Below, piece after piece: positions 54,890-64,000 of a stretch of DNA of 64,000 nt. The position numbers were made by a program, and so were the translations under genes. The stretch lies in the NCBI RefSeq assembly GCF_009914755.1, contig NC_060928.1. One strand, given 5' to 3'. The first letter of the stretch is position 1. Each line of letters starts with the position of its first letter. Origin of the DNA: the human T2T-CHM13v2.0 reference genome, Homo sapiens. Under the pieces are notes generated by a model that made no database searches, was not told the origin of the DNA, and saw only the letters and a list, made by a program, of their open reading frames with translations.

Positions 54890-55040
54890 CCACATGCCCT
54901 ATGGGCCTGATGTTGTCAGATCTTTCCAGTTTGCAAGAGACACTAAGGTCCAGACTGTAATAGGAACTCTCCTGATTTATAAACATAGGCAACTGTTTCA
55001 AATATTTTAAACATCACGTGGGCCCAATGAAACAATGAGT
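54890..55040. mobile_element. hAT-Charlie-type MER fragment
   Basis: ctcctgatttataaacataggcaactgtttcaaatattttaaacatcacgtgggcc. Confidence 0.45.
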
Positions 55041-55263
55041 GGCTTCTGAAGCAGAAGGTCAGGGAGTCCAGGCACCGAGTGTGCTCAGGCTTGAGGTAAA
55101 GCCCTTAAGTTGACAGCGGTGGGGTTCCAGAGTGTGAGGCAGAGAAGAAAGGCAAGCGAAGAAGCTCTAGGCCTTTCACTTGGGGTGGACCATGAGGGAA
55201 ACGAACTGTGGGAATGCTCTGCTTTTTCTTGTTTCTGTGCCTTCTATTATGAGGAAGGCTGGA

Positions 55264-55550
55264 GGCTGGGCCTGGTGGCACATGCCTGTCATCTCAGCAC
55301 TTTGGGAGACTGAGATGGGAGGATTGCTTGAGCCCAGGAGTTCAAGATAAGCCTGAGCAACATAGCAAGACCCCATATACAAAATATGTAGGCATGGTGG
55401 CACGCACCTGTAGTACTAGCTACTCAGAAGGCCGAGGTGGGAGGATCGCCTGAATCCAGGAGTTTGAGGCTACAGTGAGCTGAGATCACATCATTGCACT
55501 CCAGCCTGGGAGACAGAGCAAGACTCCATCTCTGAAAAATAAAAATAAAA
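55264..55550 (+). mobile_element. AluJ
   Basis: Full diverged Alu. Confidence 0.9.
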
Positions 55551-55689
55551 AGGAGGAGGGCTGGAGAGGGTGGAACAGGCTAAGAGTGAAAGGAATGTTC
55601 ACGTTGAAGTAGCACTCAGCTTCTGCAACAGTCCAGACTTCTGGCCTAGCAAGGCCATCTTAAGAGCTGACACATTAGTGTAGACAAAA

Positions 55690-55897
55690 TGGCAGACACC
55701 ATTTTAGGCATTTCAACTGATTTAATCCCATCAACATCCCTATTCAACAGGTCTTGCTATAATCCTCACTTTACAGATTAGTACATTGAGGCACAGAGAG
55801 GTTAAATCACTTGCCCAAGGTCACACAGCTAGCAAATGGCAGAGCTGGGATTTGCATCCAGGCAGCCTGGCTCCAGAGCTCATGTTCTTAGCCACTA
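55690..55897 (-). mobile_element. MIR
   Basis: tgaggcacagagaggttaaatcacttgcccaaggtcacacagctag. Confidence 0.85.
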
Positions 55898-56009
55898 CCT
55901 CCGCTCAGCATGAGAAACACGGCAGACAATGCTCAGCTTCAGGGGCCATCTTTGAGAATCCTGGGGAAACAGAGGGAAGCAGAAGACTGCAGAGAGACAT
56001 GATGTGTCC

Positions 56010-57560
<1,551 letters not shown>

Positions 57561-58188
57561 AGATCAAGGTGTGGTGCTTTACTTCAGTTCTCCAAAGAGG
57601 GAAGAGGATGAGTTTTATGAGCTATAGGCCATTGAGTTTGTAATAAATTTCTAGCAAAATTCTAGAACAGATTATTAAGTGGATGATTTGTGAGCACTGA
57701 GAATGGAAAGTCGTGATCATTGGGAGAGACCCAAATGACAAACAGGTCATTCCGGACTCTCAGCCTTGCCTTGGTAGGATTTCAACTTCCAACCACCACC
57801 ATCTGGGTGACACTCTTAAATTATGAGCCACAAAGTGCTTTACATACATCATCTCACAGCAGCCTCTGAGCCTGCTGTCATCCTCATCTTTATTTTACAG
57901 ACAAGAAGAGTAAGGCTCTAAGTTACCCAGCAGCACAGTGAATGAGGAAGCAGCCTGGCCTGGTAGACCAGGGAGTGCTGATGTATCTGTGCTGCAATTT
58001 CAGCAAGGCCTTGAACCTTGGTGTTGTCAACATGTGGAGAATTGTGGACTGAATCATAGACATTAGATGGGTACAGTTACTGTGTTCTGTGAGTGTTGGT
58101 CTTACAAGAGTTTTCTAGAGATCTGCACCTGGGCTCTGTTCTGATCTAGTCAGTAAGCTCACCAATGTCTTCTTAGAAAGCAGAGACA

Positions 58189-58470
58189 AGGCTGGGCGCA
58201 GTGGTTCATGCCTGTAATCCCAGCACTTTGGGAGGCCAGGGCAGGAGAATTGCTTTAGCCCAGGAGTTTGAGACCAGGCTGGGCAGCATAGCAAGAACCT
58301 GTCTGTACAAAAAAAAAAAAAGTAGGGTGTGGTGGCACACGCCCGTGGTCCCAACTACTTGGGACATTGAGTTGGGATGATCCCTTGAGCCCAGGAGGTT
58401 GAGACAGCAGTGAGCCACGATTGTGCCACTGTACTCCAACCTGACTGACAGAGTGAGGCCCTATGTCAAA
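58189..58470 (+). mobile_element. AluJ
   Basis: Full diverged Alu. Confidence 0.9.
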
Positions 58471-58479
58471 AGCAAAAGG

Positions 58480-60695
58480 GGAGTTGGGGATAAAACACAG
58501 GATAGCTGAAAGAAGCAACTAGTGTGTGTGTATGCCACTATCATGAGGAGAAATAGATGGGGGGAGTAAATACAGCACCTTCAATGAAACACCCAGGTGC
58601 ATGCATTTGAATTCGTCACGAAAACAACTCAACCCATAGAAAACTGAGAAAAGCAAGGCAAGATGACAGCATAGCCAGGAACAACATGGAGCCAGGGGAG
58701 CCTCCCCTGCCTAGGGAAGTGGTGAGTGAATGAGCAACCCCAGGGACCCACCTTTGCCCACGGATCTTTGCAACCCTAAGGTCAGAAGATCCCCTTGTGA
58801 ACCCACTCCACCAGGGCCTACAGTCTGACATGTGGAGCTATGTGGAGTCTTGGGAGAGCAGCTGCCTAGGCACATGTGGAGCCCCAGGAGCTTTAGATAT
58901 CTGGGCTTCCTGGCAACAGTGACTGCAACCCCAGTAAAATGGGAGGTTAGAACCTGGTACATACCCCTAAGAAAGGGGCTGAATCTAGAGGACTGAGCAG
59001 CGATGGTCTGCAGACCCTTCTTCCATTGCACCTTGCAGGATAAGACCCACTAGTTTGGAACTCCAGCCAGCATGGGTAACAACATTACATCTCCCTGGGA
59101 TGGAGCTCCCAGGGAGAGAGGTGGCAGCCATCTTAGCTGTTTAGCAGCCTTAGCTGTTTTTGCCTTCGGGCTTTGGAGAGTCTGAGGCAACTGGGGCTGG
59201 TGCAGGCCCCCAGCACAGCACAGCTGTTCTACAAAAATGTGGTCAGACTGCTTTTTTACACAGGTCTCCATGAAATTTCATGAAAATTAAACAACTGGCT
59301 CCTGAATGACTTTTGGGTAAATAATGAAATGAAATTAAGGCAGAAATCAAGAAGTTCTTTGGAATTAAGGAGAACAAAGATACAACATACCAGATTCTCT
59401 GGGACACAGCTAAGACAGTGTTAAGAGGGAAATCTATAGTATTAAATAGCCACATCAAAAAGTTAAAAAGATCTCAAATTAACAACCTAATATCACAACT
59501 AAAAGAACTAGAGAATCAAGAGCAAACCAACCCCAAAGCTAGCAGAAGACAAGAAATAACCACAATCAAAGCTGAACCAAAGGAGATCAAGGCACAAGCA
59601 ACCATTAAAAGATTAACAAACCCGAGCTGTTTTTTTGAAAAAGTTAATAAGATAGGCCACTAGCTAGATTAATAAAGAAGAAAAGAGAGAAGATCCAAAT
59701 GAATACATTGAGAAATGACAAAGGGGATGTTACCACTGACCCCACAGAAATACAAACAATGATCAGACTGTGACAAACACCTCTATGTACACAAACTAGA
59801 AAACCTAGAAGAGATGGATAAATTTCTGGACACAGAGACATTCCCAAGACTGAACCAGGAAGGAATTGATTCACTGTACAGACCAATAATGAGCCTGAAA
59901 TTGAATCAGTAATAAACAGCCTACCAACTGAAAAAAGCCCAAAACCAAATGGATTCACAGACAAATTCTACCAGATGTACAAAGATGAGCTGGCAGCATT
60001 CCTACTGAAACTATTCCAAAAAATCGAGGAGGAGAGGCTCCTCCCCCAACTCATTCTATGAGGCCAGCATTATCCTGATACCAAAAGCTGGCAGAGACAA
60101 AACAAATAAAGAAAACTTCAGACCTTAATGAACATCGATGTACATATCCTTGACGAACGTAGATGTAAAAATCTTCAACAAAATACTTGCCAACTGAATC
60201 CAGCAGCACATTAAAAACCTAATCCACCGCAATCAAGTAGGCTTTATCCCTGGGATGCAAGGTTGGTTCAACTTATACAAATCAATAAATGTGATTCATC
60301 ACATAAACACAACTAAAGACAAAAACCACATGATTATCTCAATAAATGCAGAAAAGACTTTTGATAAAATTCAACATTCCTTTGTGTTAAAAACTCTCAA
60401 TAAACTATGTATTGAAGGAACATACCTCAAAATAATAAAAGCCATCTATGACAAACCCACAGTCAACATCATACTAAATAAGCAAAAGCTGGAAGCATTC
60501 CCCTTGAAAACCTGCACAAGACAAGGATGCCCTCTCTCACTGCTCCTATTCAACATAGTATTGGAAGCCCTGGCCGCAGCAATCAGGCAAGAGAAAGAAA
60601 GAAAGGGCATTCAAACAGGGAGAAAGTCAAACTATCCCTCTTTGCAGTGACATGATCCTGTATCTAGAAAACCCCATTGTTTCAGCCCAAAAGCT
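58480..60695 (+). mobile_element. Old L1PA (about PA13-16): 5'UTR joined directly to mid-ORF2
   Basis: 5'UTR-like to about 59268, then ORF2 peptides ([14 protein letters not shown]...[14 protein letters not shown]); ORF1 absent. Confidence 0.82.
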
Positions 60696-61060
60696 TTTTT
60701 TTTAAAAAAATTTTCCATAGGTTATTGGGGTACAGGTGGTGTTTGGTTACATGAGTAAGTTCTTTAGTGGTGATTTGTGAGATTTTGGTGCACCCATCAC
60801 CCAAGCTGTATACACTGCACCATATTTATAGTCTTTTATCCCTTGCCCTCCTCGCGACCTTGCCCACAAAGCCCCAAAGTCCATTGTATCATTCTTATGC
60901 CTTTGCATCCTCATAGTTTAGCTCCCACATGTCAGTGAGAACATATGGTGTTTGGTTTTCCATTCCTGAGTTGCTTCACTTAGAATAATAGTCTCCAGTC
61001 TCATCCAGGTCACTGCAAATGCTGTTAATCCATTCCTTTTTATGGCTAAGTAGTATTCCA

Positions 61061-61100
<40 letters not shown>

Positions 61101-64000
61101 CACAGTTTATCCACTCGTTGATTGATGGGCATTTGGGTTGGTTCCACGATTTTACAATTGCAAACTGTGCTGCTATAAACATGAATGAAGTATATTTTTG
61201 TGTAATGACTTCTTTTCCTCTGGGTAGATACCCAGTAGTGGGATTGCTGGATCAAATGGTAGTTCTACTTTTAGTTTTTTAAGGAATCTCCACACTGTTT
61301 TCCATAGTGGCTGTACTAGTTAACACCAACATCTACTGTTTTCTGATTTTTTTATTATGGCCATTCTTGCAGTGGTAAGGTGATATCGCATTGTGGTTTT
61401 TGACTTGCATTTCCCTGATCATTAGTAATGTTGAGCATTTTTTCATATGTTTGTTGGCCATTTGTGTATCTTCTTTTGAGAATTGTCTATTCATGTCCTC
61501 AGCCCACTTTTTGGTAGGATTGTTTGTTCTTTTCTTACTGATTTGTTTGAGTTCATTGTAGATTCTGGATATTAGCCTTTTGTCAGACGTATAGATTGTG
61601 AAGATTTTCTCCCACTCTGTCGGTTGTCTGTTTACTCTGCTGACTGTTTCTTTTGCTGCGCAAAAGCTCTTTAGTTTAATTAGGTCCCAGCTATTTATCT
61701 TTGCTTTTATTGCATTTGCTTTTGGGTTGTTGGTCATGAAATCCTTGTCTAAGCCAATGTCTAGAAGGGTTATTCCAATGTTCTAGAATTTTTATAGTTT
61801 CAGGTCTTAGATTTAAGTCGTTCATCCATCTTGAGTTCATTTTTGCATAAGGTGAGAGATGAGGATCCAGTTTCATTCTCCTACATATGGCTAGCCAATT
61901 ATCCCAGTACCATTTGTTGAAAAGGGTGTCCTTCCCTCACTTCATGCTTTGTTTGCTTTGTCAAAGATCAGTTGGCTGTAAGTATTTGGTTTTATTTCTG
62001 GGTTCTCTATTCTGTTCCATTGGTCTATGTGCCTATTTTTATACCAGTACCATGCTGTTTTGGTGACGCCTTATAGTATACTTTGAAATCAGGTAATGTG
62101 ATGCCTCCAGATGTGTTCTTTTTGCTTAGTCTTGCTTTGGCTATGTGGGCTCTTTGGTTGGTTCCATATGAATTTTAGAATTGTTTTGTCTAATTCTGTG
62201 AAGAATGATGGTGGTATTTTCATGGAGATTGCACTGAATTTGTAGATTGCTTTTGGCAGCATGGTCTTTTTCACAATATTGATTCTACCCATCCCTGAGC
62301 ATGGGATGTGTTTCCATTTGTTTGTGTCATCTATGATTTCTTTCAGCAGTGTTTTGTAGTTTTCCTTATAGAGATCTTTTGCCTCCTTGGTTAGGTATAT
62401 TCCTAAGTGTTTTCTTTTTTGGCAGCTATTATAAAAGGGGTTGAGTTCTTGATTTGATTCTCTGCTTGATTGTTGTTGGTGTATAGAAGAACTACTGATT
62501 TGTGTACATTAATCTTATATCCAGAAACTTTGCTCAATTCTTTTATCAGTTCTAGGAGCTTTCTGGAGGAGCCTTTAGAGTTTTTGAGGTAAACAATCAT
62601 ATCATCAGCAAATAGTGACAGTTTGACTTCTTCTTTACCAATTTGGATGCCCTTTATTTTTTTCTCTTGTCTGATTGCCCTGACGAGGACTTTCAGTACT
62701 ATGTTGAAGAGGAGTGGTGAGAGTGAGCATCCTTGTCTTGTTCCAGTTCTGAGGGGGAATGTTTTCAACTTTTCCATTATGTTGGCTGTAGATTTGTCAT
62801 AGATGGCTTTTATTACAGTAAGGTATGTCCTTGTATGCCAATTTTGCTGAGAGTTTTAATCGTAAAGTGATGCTGGATTTTGTCTAATGCTTTTCCTGCA
62901 TCTATTTAGATGATCATGTGATTTTTGTTTTTAATTCTGTTTAGTTGGTGTATCACATTTATTAGCTTGTGTATGTTAAACCATCCCTGCATCCCCAGTA
63001 TGAAACCCACTTGATCATAGTGGATTATCTTTTTGTTATGTTTTGGATTCAATTAGCTAGTATTTTGTTAAGGATTTTAGCATCTATGTTCATCAGGGAT
63101 ATCAGTCTGTAGTTTTTTGGTTGTGTCCTTTCCTGGTTTTGGTATTAGGGTGATGCTGGCTTCATAGAATGACTTAAGGAGGGTTCCCTCTTTCTCCATC
63201 TTGTGGAATAGTATTAGTAGGATTAGTATCAATTCTTCTTTGAATGTCTGGTAGAATTCTGCTGTGAATCCGTCTGGTCCTGGACTTTTTTTGGTTGGTA
63301 ATTTTTTAATTACTGTTTCAATCTTGTTGCTTGTTATTGGTCTTTTCAGGGTATCTAATTCTTCCTGATTTAAGCTAGGAGGATTGTATTTTTCCAGGAA
63401 TTTATCCATCTCTTCTAGGTTTTCTAGTTTATGTGCATAAGGGTGTTCATAGAAGCCTTGAATAATCTTTTGTATTTCAGTGGTGTCAGTTGTAATATCT
63501 CCTGTTTTATTTCTTATTGAGGTTTTTTGGATTTTCTGTCTTCTTTTCTTGGTTAATCATGCTAATGGTCTATCAATTTTATTTATCTCTTCAAAAACCA
63601 GCTTTTGTTTCATTTATGTTTTTTAATTTTTTTTTTTTTTTTGGTGTTGTTGTTGTTTCTATTTCATTTAGTTCTGCTCTGATCCTGGTTATTTCCTTTC
63701 CTCAGCTGGGTTGGTTTGGGTTTGGTTTGTTCTTGTGTCTCTAGTTCCTTGAGGTGTGACCTCAGATTGCCAGTTTGTGTTCTTTCAGACTTTTTGATGT
63801 AGGTGTTTAGGGCCATGAACTTTCCTCTTAACACCACCTTTGCTGTTTCCCAGAGGTTTGGATAGGTTGTATCACCATTGTCATTCAGTTCAAAGAATTT
63901 TTAAATTTCTATCTTGATTTTGTTTTTGACCCAATGATTATTCCAGAGCAGGTTATTTAATTTCCAAGTATTTGCATGGTTTTGAGGGTTCCTTTTGGGG
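60696..64000 (-). mobile_element. L1PB1-like, inserted antisense into the L1PA, running off the window
   Basis: ttccataggttattggggtacaggtggt L1PB 3' end; RT peptides [10 protein letters not shown] and [18 protein letters not shown]; frames disrupted; (TG)n at 61063-61098. Confidence 0.9.

Noticed and set aside
53997-55010. 141-aa and 178-aa ORFs in GC-richer unique DNA (also 19252-19683 and 42510-43078)
   Set aside because: No recognisable domain, overlapping ORFs on both strands and no exon structure; expected by chance.
59255-59290. Spliced L1 (SpIRE) explanation of the 5'UTR-ORF2 fusion
   Set aside because: The donor-like cag|gt is retained before the junction and extra junction bases are present, which does not fit clean splicing.
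59418-63409. Reverse-transcriptase-like ORFs
   Set aside because: Fragments of decayed L1 ORF2 with stops and frameshifts; no intact retroelement or novel RT system.

Overview
Primate (very likely human) non-coding genomic DNA, intergenic or intronic. I found no supportable protein-coding gene, rRNA, tRNA or CRISPR array. The listed ORFs are Alu, L1 or LTR read-throughs, microsatellite frames or chance ORFs. Well over half of the window is interspersed repeat (Alu, L1PA/PB/MB/MC/ME, L2, MIR, THE1/MST/MLT1/MLT2/MER57 LTRs, Tigger/MER DNA transposons), often deeply nested. Repeat-poor, motif-rich islands at about 23.0-25.3 kb and 38.9-44.7 kb look regulatory; the second holds two convergent CTCF-like motifs. 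The most notable structures are: (1) an L1PA11/12-like insertion carrying about 830 bp of extra 3' sequence inside one TSD pair, an apparent ancient 3' transduction; (2) a 252-bp segment copied from 1.2 kb downstream into an L1; (3) an 11-bp-period CCCTA-containing minisatellite with higher-order structure; (4) a pre-miRNA-sized hairpin in unique sequence; (5) an L1 with a large internal deletion and a palindromic junction, lying opposite an L1PB so that they form a long inverted repeat. Subfamily calls come from recalled consensus sequences, and boundaries are approximate unless a TSD is quoted. I could not identify the locus.
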